Shown: positions 49,460 through 59,212, counted from the stretch's first letter. The stretch: DNA of 64,000 nucleotides from an uncultured Gammaproteobacteria bacterium (GCA_964537315.1 CAZIAP010000005.1:18669-82668); one strand, 5' to 3'. Numbers and translations: made by a program. The notes: generated by a model not told the origin, from the letters alone.

Positions 49460-49915
49460 ATGGACAATCAACAAAAATACGAAGAAAAAATTGTACAAAT
49501 TAATAGAGTTTCTAAAAAAACTAAAGGTGGCAATAAAGTAAGGTTTGCCGCTCTTGTAGTTGTGGGTGATAAGCAAGGAAAGGTCGGAGTAGGGCTTGGA
49601 AAGTCAGAAGATGTCTCAAGCGCAATAATTAAGGCAGTTGCGTACGCTAAAAACAGGCTTATTGATGTACCGATCGTAAATGAAACTATCCCTCACAAAG
49701 TGCAGATTAAAGAAGGAGCATCTATTATTATGCTCAAGCCAGCACCACAAGGAACAGGTATTATCGCAGGAGGAGCAGTAAGAAGCGTGGTTGAAGCAGC
49801 AGGAATTAGAAATATATCTTCTAAAATTCTGGGAACTTCAAATAAAGCAAGCAATGTTTATGCAACATTTGAGGCTTTAAGAAAGCTGGGAAAGCAAAAT
49901 GGAGGAGTTAAATAA
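49460..49915 (+). CDS. rpsE: 30S ribosomal protein S5
   Basis: RVSKKTKGG and GTGIIAGG motifs. Confidence 0.98.
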   Translation: MDNQQKYEEKIVQINRVSKKTKGGNKVRFAALVVVGDKQGKVGVGLGKSEDVSSAIIKAVAYAKNRLIDVPIVNETIPHKVQIKEGASIIMLKPAPQGTGIIAGGAVRSVVEAAGIRNISSKILGTSNKASNVYATFEALRKLGKQNGGVK

Positions 49916-50355
49916 TGGAATTACATAATTCGGTTAAAATAGTAGATAAGAAACATAAAAGAGTCGGACGGGGACACGGTTCTGGCCGAGGAAAAACAGC
50001 CGGACGTGGAACTAAAGGTCAAAAGGCTCGACGTGATATTAGCTTGTCGTTTGAAGGTGGAGCACTACCATTAATCAAACGTATGCCATTTCTACGTGGT
50101 AAAGGCAGAAATGCTGCAATTAAGGCTCCCGCTGTTGAAATCACTTTGTCAGTACTCAATCAACTTCCGGCAAAAAGCGTGGTGACAAAAGACCTATTAA
50201 TTGAGCATAAAATCATCCAATCCGGAACAAAAAGAGTAAAAGTTATCTCAACTGGTACGATTGAGAATCAATTAACTGTGCAGATACCTGTATCAAAAGG
50301 TGCTCAAGCAGCAATTGAAAAAGTTGGCGGAAAAGTAGAACTAAGTAGCGACTAG
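49915..50355 (+). CDS. rplO: 50S ribosomal protein L15
   Basis: GRGHGSGRGKTAGRGTKGQ and FEGG motifs; directly follows rpsE with no rpmD. Confidence 0.98.
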   Translation: MELHNSVKIVDKKHKRVGRGHGSGRGKTAGRGTKGQKARRDISLSFEGGALPLIKRMPFLRGKGRNAAIKAPAVEITLSVLNQLPAKSVVTKDLLIEHKIIQSGTKRVKVISTGTIENQLTVQIPVSKGAQAAIEKVGGKVELSSD

Positions 50356-50405
50356 TGTTTAGTTTAAAATGAACTATGTGCTGAACGCTAAACGCTGAAA
50401 AATAT

Positions 50406-51689
50406 ATGGCTTCATTTTTTAGTATCTTTAAGAATAGTATAAAAGATCGGGAGATCCGACGAAAACTTGCCATCACTGCACTACTTTTCCTCGTATTTAG
50501 ATTTTTTGCACACATCCCAGTCTCCGGTGTAAATATCACACAACTACAAGCATTATTTGCGCAAAATCAATTTCTAGGATTACTTGATATCTTCTCAGGA
50601 GGAACAATCTCTAATTTCTCTGTCTTAGCATTGGGCTTGGGACCATATATTTACGCTTCAATCGTGCTGCAACTTCTAACGGTGGTTTATCCAAAATTAG
50701 AAGCGTTATCAAAAGAAGGCGAGTACGGGAGACAGAAAATAAATCAATATACACGTTACTTAACTGTACCTCTCGCATTTATACAGGGTTTTGGTATTTT
50801 TGCTCTTCTAAGATCCCAGAATCTGATTGGCAACTTAGGAGTGATTGAGCTGGCTTCGTTTATCGTTACCTTGGTAGCAGGTACTTTATTTGTAATGTGG
50901 ATAGGAGAATTACTTTCTGAACAAGGAATTGGAAATGGAATTTCTCTACTAATTTTTGCTGGAATTGTAAATAGAATTCCTGTTATTGCAGGTCAGACTA
51001 TCACAACTTTAGGCCAGGCAGATATCATGAATATAGCGCTATTTATTGCTATCGGAGTTATTATGGTAGCAGCTGTGGTCGCAATTAATGAGGCTGTAAG
51101 AAGGGTGCCTATTTTTTATGCACGAAGAGTTAGAGGTTCTCAGTCTGTCTCTGCTCAGTCAACACATCTTCCGTTAAAACTTAACCAAGCTGGAGTTATT
51201 CCAATTATTTTTGCTGTTTCATTTGTGCTACTGCCTTCTATGATGGGAAACTATTTATTGGCAGCCGGAAATGAAACTTTAAATGCGATAGGTCGATTTT
51301 TTGCAACTTACTTTAGTCCGCAGCATCCGGTATATAACATAATTTACTTTTTGATGATTTTTGGCTTTACTTATCTTTATACTGCGATTATTTTCAATCC
51401 CCAGAAAATTTCTGAAGATTTGCAAAAACAAGGTGGTTTTATACCAGGAATTCGTCCAGGTAAACCTACCGCTGCGTTTCTAAACACAATTGTAACTCGT
51501 ATCACGTTTGCTGGCGCACTTTTCTTAGGTATTATTGCTGTATTGCCTAACTTGCTTGGACTATTTACTAATACCCAAAGTCTAATTATTGGAGGTACTA
51601 GCATCCTAATTGTGGTATCGGTAGTGATTGAGACGATTAAAATTCTTGAAGTACAGCGTACTACGCGTAGTTACGATCAGTTTAAATAG
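50406..51689 (+). CDS. secY: preprotein translocase subunit SecY
   Basis: [17 protein letters not shown] and FIPGIRPG motifs. Confidence 0.98.
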   Translation: MASFFSIFKNSIKDREIRRKLAITALLFLVFRFFAHIPVSGVNITQLQALFAQNQFLGLLDIFSGGTISNFSVLALGLGPYIYASIVLQLLTVVYPKLEALSKEGEYGRQKINQYTRYLTVPLAFIQGFGIFALLRSQNLIGNLGVIELASFIVTLVAGTLFVMWIGELLSEQGIGNGISLLIFAGIVNRIPVIAGQTITTLGQADIMNIALFIAIGVIMVAAVVAINEAVRRVPIFYARRVRGSQSVSAQSTHLPLKLNQAGVIPIIFAVSFVLLPSMMGNYLLAAGNETLNAIGRFFATYFSPQHPVYNIIYFLMIFGFTYLYTAIIFNPQKISEDLQKQGGFIPGIRPGKPTAAFLNTIVTRITFAGALFLGIIAVLPNLLGLFTNTQSLIIGGTSILIVVSVVIETIKILEVQRTTRSYDQFK

Positions 51690-51703
51690 CCACTTGTGTG
51701 GAT

Positions 51704-52273
51704 ATGGATAGGAAAAAAACATTGAAGATAGTATTAATTGGCATACAGGGATCAGGAAAATCAACACAAGGAAACTTGCTTTCAAAAAAACTCAAGGTTC
51801 CTTATCTTTCTACAGGACATATTCTCCGCGAACTTTCAAAAGAAAAAACCCGACTCGGTAGGTATATTAAAGAGACGATTAATGCAGGTGTTCTTGTGCC
51901 TGATAGTAGAATGATTCCGATTGTTGAAGATTATCTTCGACGAAAAGAGTACGAAGGCGGATATATCCTTGATGGGTTTCCGCGTACTGTAGCACAGGCG
52001 AAAGTATTTAATGGTGATATAGACGCAGTAATATACCTCAATGTTTCTGATAAAGAAGCGCTTTGGCGACTTTCATATCGAGAAGAGGATGAAGAGGAAG
52101 ATAGAGAGGATGCTACTTTGCTTGCAATTCGTAAAAGAATTGAATTGTTTCATGAGTATACTCTCCCCGTTTTAAAATATTACAGAAATAAAGATAAGTT
52201 AATTGAGATTAATGGTGAGCAGGAAATTGAAGAAATTCACAAAGAGATAATGAACAAACTTAAATTTAAGTAA
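51704..52273 (+). CDS. adk: adenylate kinase, short LID
   Basis: GIQGSGKSTQ, STG and LDGFPRT motifs. Confidence 0.92.
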   Translation: MDRKKTLKIVLIGIQGSGKSTQGNLLSKKLKVPYLSTGHILRELSKEKTRLGRYIKETINAGVLVPDSRMIPIVEDYLRRKEYEGGYILDGFPRTVAQAKVFNGDIDAVIYLNVSDKEALWRLSYREEDEEEDREDATLLAIRKRIELFHEYTLPVLKYYRNKDKLIEINGEQEIEEIHKEIMNKLKFK

Positions 52274-52992
52274 TGAAAAGAGGATTTGTAATTGCGATAG
52301 ATGGACCGGTCGCGTCAGGAAAAGGCACTGTTGCAAAAAAGCTCTCAAAAACAATAAATGCATTAAATTTTAATTCAGGAGGAGTATATCGGGCTTATGC
52401 AAGCAAGCTCAGAAATCTAGGAGTTTCACCTGATAATGATCAAGAAATCAAAAAATATCTTAAACCTGGTGATGTTGAAATCACTATAGATCAAGCAAGG
52501 AAAGATGAATTTATTATTACATTAAACGGAATTGATGTAACTGAAACCTTGTTTACTCCTGAAATCTCAATGGCAGCATCTGATTTTGGAAAAAGCCGTG
52601 TGTTCGTTGAGTTTATTAGCTCTGAATTGCGAAGAATTGCAAAAAAATATGAGAGTTCGGGATTTAGTATAATTATGGAAGGACGGCAAATTGGAGTAGA
52701 CGTTTTTCCAGATGCTGATGTAAAGCTTTTTTTGACCGCTGACCTGAAGACTCGTGCGAAAAGAAGACACACTCAGTACCAGTTAAAACAGATTGATAAG
52801 GTTTATAGCGAGGTGGAAAAAGAAACACATTTACGGGATAAGCAAGATATGAACCGTGAGTACGGTGCTCTACCCCGTAATCCGGAAAAACTGGATTATG
52901 ATATTATAGATAACTCTAACCTAAGTGAACAAGAAACGCTTAGCAAGATACTAAAAGTATTAGAAAAAAAAGGTATATGGAAAAAAAATTAG
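52273..52992 (+). CDS. cmk: cytidylate kinase
   Basis: IAIDGPVASGKGT, EGRQIG..VFPDA and RDKQD motifs. Confidence 0.92.
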   Translation: MKRGFVIAIDGPVASGKGTVAKKLSKTINALNFNSGGVYRAYASKLRNLGVSPDNDQEIKKYLKPGDVEITIDQARKDEFIITLNGIDVTETLFTPEISMAASDFGKSRVFVEFISSELRRIAKKYESSGFSIIMEGRQIGVDVFPDADVKLFLTADLKTRAKRRHTQYQLKQIDKVYSEVEKETHLRDKQDMNREYGALPRNPEKLDYDIIDNSNLSEQETLSKILKVLEKKGIWKKN

Positions 52993-53783
52993 AACAAAAA
53001 ATTGAAGCAATGAGTAAGGCAGGCGAGATACTCGGAGCTGCATTGGATGATGCACTAAAACATGCAAAGCCGGGAGTTACCGAGCTTGAGCTTAACGACA
53101 TCGTTGATAAATTTATTACTAAGCATGGTGGCTTTCCGGGTTTTAAGAAAGTTCCAGGATACAAACACGCGATCTGTGCCTGTACAAATGATGTGGTAGT
53201 GCACGGAATTCCAAAAGATAGAATCCTTAAAAAAGGAGATATCATATGTATAGACACAGGAGTATTTTTAGATGGCTACCATACTGATATGGGAGAAACA
53301 ATCAAAGTGGGGGAAGGGGTAGTAGATACCAAAGAGGATACTGACGAAGTTGGTAGATTCCTTTCAGTTGGTAAAAGGACTATGTGGAAAGCGATTGAGC
53401 AGGCTATCCCAGGAAACAGGGTAGGTCATATTTCTCAAGTTATTCAGCAAAATGTAGAAAGTGCTGGATACTCAGTGGTTAGAAATCTAGTCGGACATGG
53501 AGTGGGAAAGACTCTGCATGAAAAGCCTGAAATCCCTGGCATTTTATCACAAAGTATAGACAAGACTCCTTTAATCAAATCAGGAATGACTTTGGCGATT
53601 GAGGTAATTTATAATATGGGTGAACCGGACGTGGAGTACGATGGGGAAGACGGCTGGACGATTTTAACCTCAGATGGATCACTCTCTGCAGTGTTTGAAC
53701 GGACAATTTTAGTGAGTGATAATGGGCCTATATTGTTGACAAAACTTCCTTCGGACGAGGCTACCAGAACACTGGAGTTATAG
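52977..53783 (+). CDS. map: methionine aminopeptidase type I
   Basis: VVHGIP, DGYHTD, GHGVG..LHE and FERT motifs. Confidence 0.95.
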   Translation: MEKKLEQKIEAMSKAGEILGAALDDALKHAKPGVTELELNDIVDKFITKHGGFPGFKKVPGYKHAICACTNDVVVHGIPKDRILKKGDIICIDTGVFLDGYHTDMGETIKVGEGVVDTKEDTDEVGRFLSVGKRTMWKAIEQAIPGNRVGHISQVIQQNVESAGYSVVRNLVGHGVGKTLHEKPEIPGILSQSIDKTPLIKSGMTLAIEVIYNMGEPDVEYDGEDGWTILTSDGSLSAVFERTILVSDNGPILLTKLPSDEATRTLEL

Positions 53784-53858
53784 TATTGATTACAGGTAAG
53801 AAATCTGTTAGAATAACTCATCCCAGTATAGTAGGGTAGTTTTTTGTGGGGTTAATGT

Positions 53859-54077
53859 ATGGTACATCAAGGTGCGATTGAAATTGACGGAGTAGTAAAG
53901 GAAGTGTTGCCAAATACATTATTTAGAGTTGAGGTTGAAGGTGGACATGAGGTTTTATGTCATTTGTCAGGAAAAATGAGAATTCATTTCATTAAAATCC
54001 TCCCGGGTGATAAAGTAAAAGTTGAGATTACACCTTACGATAAAACAAAAGGAAGAATAACTTATCGAATGAGATAA
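53859..54077 (+). CDS. infA: translation initiation factor IF-1
   Basis: [13 protein letters not shown] and PYD..KGRI motifs. Confidence 0.98.
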   Translation: MVHQGAIEIDGVVKEVLPNTLFRVEVEGGHEVLCHLSGKMRIHFIKILPGDKVKVEITPYDKTKGRITYRMR

Positions 54078-54178
54078 AATAAAAAGTTAAAAGTGAGAAG
54101 TCAAAAACACAATTAAAAATTAAGAAGTTTTGACTTTTGAGTTGTAACTTTGAGTTTTGAATTTTAATTTTTAAATTA
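54078..54178. repeat. palindromic heptamer element (AAAAGTY / RACTTTT type)
   Basis: aaaagtt aaaagtg agaagtc aaaa ... ttttgac ttttgag ttgtaac tttgagt tttgaat tttaatt. Confidence 0.75.
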
Positions 54179-54184
54179 ACTATC

Positions 54185-54574
54185 ATGCGTTTAGTAGGAG
54201 TAAATATACCGGACAACAAAAGAATAGATATAGCACTGACCTATATATATGGAGTAGGGCGTACAAACGTGTATAAAATCTTAGAAACTGCTGGTATTGA
54301 TCCTGCAACTCGTAGTCATACTCTTAAAGAAGATGATTTGGGTCGTTTACAAAAAGCGCTTGAAGAATACAAGATAGAGGGTGATTTACGCGCTGAAATA
54401 TTTGAAAATACAAAACGATTAAGAGAGATTTCAAGCTACAGAGGGATCCGACACACACGTGGTCTTCCTGTACGCGGACAGAGAACCAGATCTAATGCAC
54501 GTACAAAAAGAGGTAAGCGTGTAACTATCGGTGCTATCAGAAAAGAAGTTGCAGAGAGAATGGGAGTTAAATAA
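54185..54574 (+). CDS. rpsM: 30S ribosomal protein S13
   Basis: LTYIYGVG and [15 protein letters not shown] motifs. Confidence 0.98.
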   Translation: MRLVGVNIPDNKRIDIALTYIYGVGRTNVYKILETAGIDPATRSHTLKEDDLGRLQKALEEYKIEGDLRAEIFENTKRLREISSYRGIRHTRGLPVRGQRTRSNARTKRGKRVTIGAIRKEVAERMGVK

Positions 54575-54575
54575 T

Positions 54576-54977
54576 ATGGCAAAACCACGAGCTGCTAAAA
54601 GAATTACAAAAAAACAAAAACAAATGGTTACAACTGGTGCTGGGCGAGTGTATGTCAGCACAACCTTCAATAACACCATTGTTACAGTTACCAACGAAAA
54701 AGGCGATGCAGTTGCTTGGAGTAGTGCAGGAGCTGCAGGTTTCAAAGGAGCAAGAAAGTCAACTCCATATGCCTCAACTTCAGTAGTCGAAGACGCAATC
54801 AAAAAAGCACGTGAAGTAGGAGTAAACTCTGTTGAAGTATATATTAAAGGTCCGGGAGTAGGAAGAGACGCAGCTCTACGTGCAATTAGAAACTCAGGTA
54901 TGGCAATTGCGATGATAGCAGATATAACTCCGATTCCACATAATGGACCAAGACCTAAGAAGAAAAGAAGAAATTAA
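54576..54977 (+). CDS. rpsK: 30S ribosomal protein S11
   Basis: [15 protein letters not shown] and TPIPHNG motifs. Confidence 0.98.
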   Translation: MAKPRAAKRITKKQKQMVTTGAGRVYVSTTFNNTIVTVTNEKGDAVAWSSAGAAGFKGARKSTPYASTSVVEDAIKKAREVGVNSVEVYIKGPGVGRDAALRAIRNSGMAIAMIADITPIPHNGPRPKKKRRN

Positions 54978-54987
54978 GTATTAAAAT

Positions 54988-55593
54988 ATGGCACGATATA
55001 CAGGACCAAAACATAAATTATCAAGAAGAGAGGGCGTAAACCTTACAGGGAAAATGTCTCAGTCTCTCGATAGAAGATTAACCAATCCTCCGGGAGGAAT
55101 AAATCGTCGTGGACGTCCACGTAAAATGTCAGAGTATGGAATTCAGTTGCGAGAAAAGCAAAAACTTAAGAGAATATATGGTCTCCTTGAAAAACAGTTC
55201 TCACGATATGTAGATGAAGCATCTAGATTACCAGGCAATACAGAAGAACTATTAGTTCAGTTGCTTGAATCACGTCTCGATAATATAGTGTATCGTATGG
55301 GATTTGCCAACTCACGAGCTCAGGCGCGTCAGTATGTGTCTCATGGACACATTTCAGTAAATGATCAAAAAATTAGTATTCCTTCCTACCGTGTAAAAGA
55401 AGGGGATGTAGTCTCACTTCGCTCAAAGCTTGCGGATCTTGATTTTATAAAAACTAAGCTTACAGAGGAAGAATCGATGACCGATTTTGTAAAACGAACC
55501 AAAGATAAAGGGCAGGTTTTACGCATGCCAACACGTGATGAAGTAGCAAATCCTGTAGATTACGCTTTGGTTGTTGAATTTTACTCAAGATAA
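54988..55593 (+). CDS. rpsD: 30S ribosomal protein S4
   Basis: MARYTGP, LREKQK, LESRLDN and VEFYSR motifs. Confidence 0.98.
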   Translation: MARYTGPKHKLSRREGVNLTGKMSQSLDRRLTNPPGGINRRGRPRKMSEYGIQLREKQKLKRIYGLLEKQFSRYVDEASRLPGNTEELLVQLLESRLDNIVYRMGFANSRAQARQYVSHGHISVNDQKISIPSYRVKEGDVVSLRSKLADLDFIKTKLTEEESMTDFVKRTKDKGQVLRMPTRDEVANPVDYALVVEFYSR

Positions 55594-55669
55594 TAGTACA
55601 ATAGTGTTCTGTGAGCCTTAAACGGCATTAATATGTGTGTGGCTTGCAGAGAATTTTTTAAAAAATATT

Positions 55670-56608
55670 ATGATTGAACCAAATTTTAAAGTTATAGAAG
55701 AGGCACAAGACGGAGTATATACTCGTTTCGTTGTTGAGCCTCTAGAGCCAGGTTTCGGACACACCTTGGGTGTAGCTCTACGTAGAGTTATGCTAAATAA
55801 TATTGAAGGTGCAGCTGTTACATCCGTTAAAATTGATGGCGTTAAACATATGTTTTCTACGCTTCCTGGTCTTAAGGAAGATATAATCGAACTTATTCTC
55901 AACATTAAAACTTTACAAGTAAAACTAGCAGAAGGTCAGAATGAAGCAAGAATGACCCTTGCAAAAACAGGTCCTGGAAAAGTTCTTGCAAAAGATATTG
56001 AAGTAACTGAAGGTGTAGAGATTGTAGATCCTGAACATTATTTGGGAAGTCTCGCAGATAAAAATTCCAAACTGGAGATTGAGTTCACAGTTGAGAGAGG
56101 ACTCGGATACTCACTTTCAGAAGAGAGAAAAGTTTCAACTGTTGGTGTTATTCCAATTGACGCTATTTTTTCACCAATTCAAAAAGTAAATTATAAAGTA
56201 GAACAGACTCGTGTTGGACGTCAGACTAACTATGACAAAGTAATTTTTGAAGTCTGGACAGATGGAACAGTTAATGCTCGTGAAGCATTGGATGAATCAA
56301 GCAGAATATTAGTATCATATTTCTCTACGATTACTCAGCCAAAAGAAGCAGGAAACGCTGAATTGTCATCAGAAGATGCAGGAGTTGCAGCAACATCTGA
56401 GATTTCTGACGATCTTATGAGAATGACAGTTGACGAACTTGATCTACCTACAAGAATTTATAATAGTCTTCGAAATGCAGGCATAGAAACTGTAGGAGAC
56501 ATGTTAAATACTCCTAGAAAAGAACTTATGACGTATAGAAACCTAGGTGCAAAATCACTTTCAATAATTGACGAAAGCCTGGCAGAAAAAGGAATTACAT
56601 ATAACTAA
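55670..56608 (+). CDS. rpoA: RNA polymerase alpha subunit
   Basis: PLEPGFGHTLG, DAIFSPI and NLGAKSL motifs; ATG at 55670. Confidence 0.98.
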   Translation: MIEPNFKVIEEAQDGVYTRFVVEPLEPGFGHTLGVALRRVMLNNIEGAAVTSVKIDGVKHMFSTLPGLKEDIIELILNIKTLQVKLAEGQNEARMTLAKTGPGKVLAKDIEVTEGVEIVDPEHYLGSLADKNSKLEIEFTVERGLGYSLSEERKVSTVGVIPIDAIFSPIQKVNYKVEQTRVGRQTNYDKVIFEVWTDGTVNAREALDESSRILVSYFSTITQPKEAGNAELSSEDAGVAATSEISDDLMRMTVDELDLPTRIYNSLRNAGIETVGDMLNTPRKELMTYRNLGAKSLSIIDESLAEKGITYN

Positions 56609-56635
56609 TTCCTGCACAAAAAATATACGAACTAT

Positions 56636-56660
56636 ATGCGTCGAGGCTGACGCATTTTTT
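56636..56660 (+). terminator. hairpin plus T run between rpoA and rplQ
   Basis: ATGCGTC-GAGGCT-GACGCAT-TTTTT. Confidence 0.55.
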
Positions 56661-56676
56661 GTTAAAAGGGGATAAT

Positions 56677-57189
56677 ATGAGAAAGAAAATATTTGGTAGA
56701 AGATTTAAACGAGACATAAATCAGCGAAAAGCGTTATTTCGCAGTTTAATGCGTGAGCTTGTATTACAGGAGCGAATTAAAACTACTGAGGCTAAGGCAA
56801 AATCTATTAAAGCCGAAGTAGAAAAGCACGTAACAAAAGCAAAAGTTCAAGGAGACGCAGCACGGGTACATTTAATGCGTACTTTTAACCATGATGTGGT
56901 TGATAAAATTGTAACCGATCTGGCTCCTCGTTTTGCAGAACGTCCAGGAGGATATACACGAATTATTCGTCTCGGAAACAGAACCAAGGATAACGCTCCA
57001 ATGGTTTACATTGAATGGGTTGAGAAATCAAGTGTAGTATCTGAGCCAAAAACAAAAAAAAGAGCTAAAAAAGAAGTGAGTGAAAAAACATCTTCAGAGG
57101 TTAAAGCTGCTAAAGTTAAGGAAAATAAAGAAGAAAAAACAACTAAAAAACCAGCAAAAAAAGCTGCAGTAAAGAAAGAGGATAAATAA
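56677..57189 (+). CDS. rplQ: 50S ribosomal protein L17 with Lys-rich tail
   Basis: IKTTEAKAK and RPGGYTRII motifs. Confidence 0.97.
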   Translation: MRKKIFGRRFKRDINQRKALFRSLMRELVLQERIKTTEAKAKSIKAEVEKHVTKAKVQGDAARVHLMRTFNHDVVDKIVTDLAPRFAERPGGYTRIIRLGNRTKDNAPMVYIEWVEKSSVVSEPKTKKRAKKEVSEKTSSEVKAAKVKENKEEKTTKKPAKKAAVKKEDK

Positions 57190-57191
57190 CT

Positions 57192-57623
57192 ATGAAAACA
57201 ACTACACCAACAAAAGAAAGTCAGATCGAGCGCAGTTGGCACGTTATTGATCTAAAAGATCAAACACTCGGTCGTGCAGCTACAAAAATAGCAGAACTGC
57301 TAATGGGAAAAAATAAAACATATTTTGTTCGCAATTTAGATTGCGGAGATCATGTAGTTGTTACAAATGCGAAAGACTTTATCGTGACTGGTAATAAAGA
57401 AAACGCAAAACTGTATACAAGATACTCAGGGTTTCCAGGTGGTTTAAAAAAAGAAACTTTAGGAAGACTAAGAGACCGTAAACCAGAGGAAGCTATAAGA
57501 CATGCTGTTTCAGGCATGTTGCCAAAGAATAGGCTGCGTGATAAAATGCTCAAACGTTTACATGTATATGTAGATGAAAATCATCCGTACGAAGATAAAG
57601 TTAAAAAGGAGGAAGCTAAGTAA
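57192..57623 (+). CDS. rplM: 50S ribosomal protein L13
   Basis: LGRAAT, DCGDHVVV and GMLPKN motifs. Confidence 0.98.
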   Translation: MKTTTPTKESQIERSWHVIDLKDQTLGRAATKIAELLMGKNKTYFVRNLDCGDHVVVTNAKDFIVTGNKENAKLYTRYSGFPGGLKKETLGRLRDRKPEEAIRHAVSGMLPKNRLRDKMLKRLHVYVDENHPYEDKVKKEEAK

Positions 57624-57684
57624 AATAACTACTAACTAATTTCTAATGACAAATTAGGAATTAAGAATTAGGACTTAGAAATTT
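57624..57684. repeat. palindromic heptamer element (short type)
   Basis: ctaacta atttcta atgacaa att aggaatt aagaatt aggactt agaaatt. Confidence 0.8.
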
Positions 57685-57691
57685 TAAATAT

Positions 57692-58159
57692 ATGGCAAAA
57701 GCAGATATAAAACAAACAAAAACAGCTTCATCATTTACCTATGCCGTCGGTCGTCGCAAGGAATCTGTTGCTCGTGTTCGTGTTTATAATCCACAAGGAA
57801 ATACTATTTCTGTATTCAACAATGAATATAAAACTGGAGATTTAGTAATTAATGGTAAGCAGGCAGCTGAATATTTCCGATTTAAAACCTATGCGCCTAA
57901 GTATAAAAAAATCTTTGAAGTAACCGATACATTGGGAAAATATTTTATCTCAGTAAAGGTTGTGGGCGGAGGACTCGGTGGACAACTGGACGCGATGCTC
58001 CATGGAATTGCTAGAGCATTCGATAAAATAGACTCTGAAAAGTACCATAGCCTTCTTAAGGAACATGGTTATTTGACCCGCGATCCGCGAACCAGAGAAA
58101 GACGCAAAGTTGGTACCGGTGGTAAAGCTCGACGACAAAAGCAAAGTCCAAAACGATAG
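57692..58159 (+). CDS. rpsI: 30S ribosomal protein S9
   Basis: GRRKESVARV, GGG..GQ, LTRDPR..ERRK and QSPKR motifs. Confidence 0.98.
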   Translation: MAKADIKQTKTASSFTYAVGRRKESVARVRVYNPQGNTISVFNNEYKTGDLVINGKQAAEYFRFKTYAPKYKKIFEVTDTLGKYFISVKVVGGGLGGQLDAMLHGIARAFDKIDSEKYHSLLKEHGYLTRDPRTRERRKVGTGGKARRQKQSPKR

Positions 58160-58218
58160 TTTTGAGCGCAGTACTTAGCTTGTCGAAGTACAATCTCCTA
58201 AGCGATAGAAGTTACTAT

Positions 58219-58695
58219 TCACTTATTTTCTTTCAGAATTTTACTAATCACATCCCAACTAAATCCTTTACGTTGTAAAAATCCAGTTACTTTTTTCGTG
58301 TACTCATCTCCGCTATATTTTTCAAACATTCTGCGCTTGCGCTCTAAATATTCTTTTGCTGTCTCGTAATCGTCTTTGGCTGTACTGACCGCTTTATCTA
58401 CAGTATCTCGCTCAACTCCTTTTTCAGAAAGCTCTCTTTTAATGACATATTTACTTTTTCCGCGAAAAGTTTGTCTTTGTTCTGTCCACCACTCAGCAAA
58501 CTCTTCGTCGTTAAGTAACTTATCTTCTTTTAATTTTTCGATGACTTGATTAATAATCATCGGATCAAACTGCTTTCTGACCAGCCTATCACGAATTTCT
58601 TTTTCACTTCTAGGTCTATAGGTGAGTAGTCTTAGCGCACGGGTATAGGCTTTAAGCACCTCGATCTTAACCTTTTCCACATCATTATAATCCAT
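58219..58695 (-). CDS. recX: regulatory protein RecX
   Basis: LLTYRPRSEKE, LNDEEFA and LQRKGF motifs. Confidence 0.93.
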   Translation of the reverse strand: MDYNDVEKVKIEVLKAYTRALRLLTYRPRSEKEIRDRLVRKQFDPMIINQVIEKLKEDKLLNDEEFAEWWTEQRQTFRGKSKYVIKRELSEKGVERDTVDKAVSTAKDDYETAKEYLERKRRMFEKYSGDEYTKKVTGFLQRKGFSWDVISKILKENK

Positions 58696-58713
58696 ACTTA
58701 TGAAATTGTCTCA

Positions 58714-58727
58714 GTAGACTAGACTAC
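58714..58727. promoter_or_regulatory. 14-bp near-palindrome, candidate TrpR-like operator (3' copy)
   Basis: GTAGACTAGACTAC is the exact reverse complement of 59153-59166. Confidence 0.55.
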
Positions 58728-58731
58728 AATA

Positions 58732-59142
58732 CTATCGTTTTACATCCTTTCTTTTAAAACCAGAGTATGACTTTTTTTTAAATATCAACTCTGATCCACC
58801 TGTCAAGTGATGTTTCTTCTTGTTATAAACTTTTTCTACTTTCTTTCCACGTTCTTCTATAAGTTCAAAACATAATGGATAAGATTCCATGCTTTTATTT
58901 ACTAATGTAATTGTATTTTTACCTACATGGAGAAGTTGAGTAATTTCCTCAAGAGTGAGATTATTCTTTATACATTTTGCAATAATAATACGTCGACCAA
59001 TTTTTACCATCTCATCACTAGTAAAAATTCCATTAAGTATCTGGTTAACTTCTTCTCCATCTTTTGCGGCAAGAAGAACATTTCGAAGCTGGTTTAATGC
59101 TTCGTTGATATCTTCTTGGTTAAGGAAGCTATATCGTTTCAT
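58732..59142 (-). CDS. TrpR/YerC-like transcriptional regulator
   Basis: FTSDE...IGRRIIIA...T.EEI...L.VG..TI..V is a Trp-repressor-like HTH pattern. Confidence 0.8.
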   Translation of the reverse strand: MKRYSFLNQEDINEALNQLRNVLLAAKDGEEVNQILNGIFTSDEMVKIGRRIIIAKCIKNNLTLEEITQLLHVGKNTITLVNKSMESYPLCFELIEERGKKVEKVYNKKKHHLTGGSELIFKKKSYSGFKRKDVKR

Positions 59143-59152
59143 GTATAGTTCA

Positions 59153-59166
59153 GTAGTCTAGTCTAC
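59153..59166. promoter_or_regulatory. 14-bp near-palindrome, candidate TrpR-like operator (5' copy)
   Basis: GTAGTCTAGTCTAC, 10 nt upstream of the ATG. Confidence 0.55.
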
Positions 59167-59212
59167 GAAACTAAAAAGTTATAAATGTCTAAATATATTT
59201 TATTGTATATAT

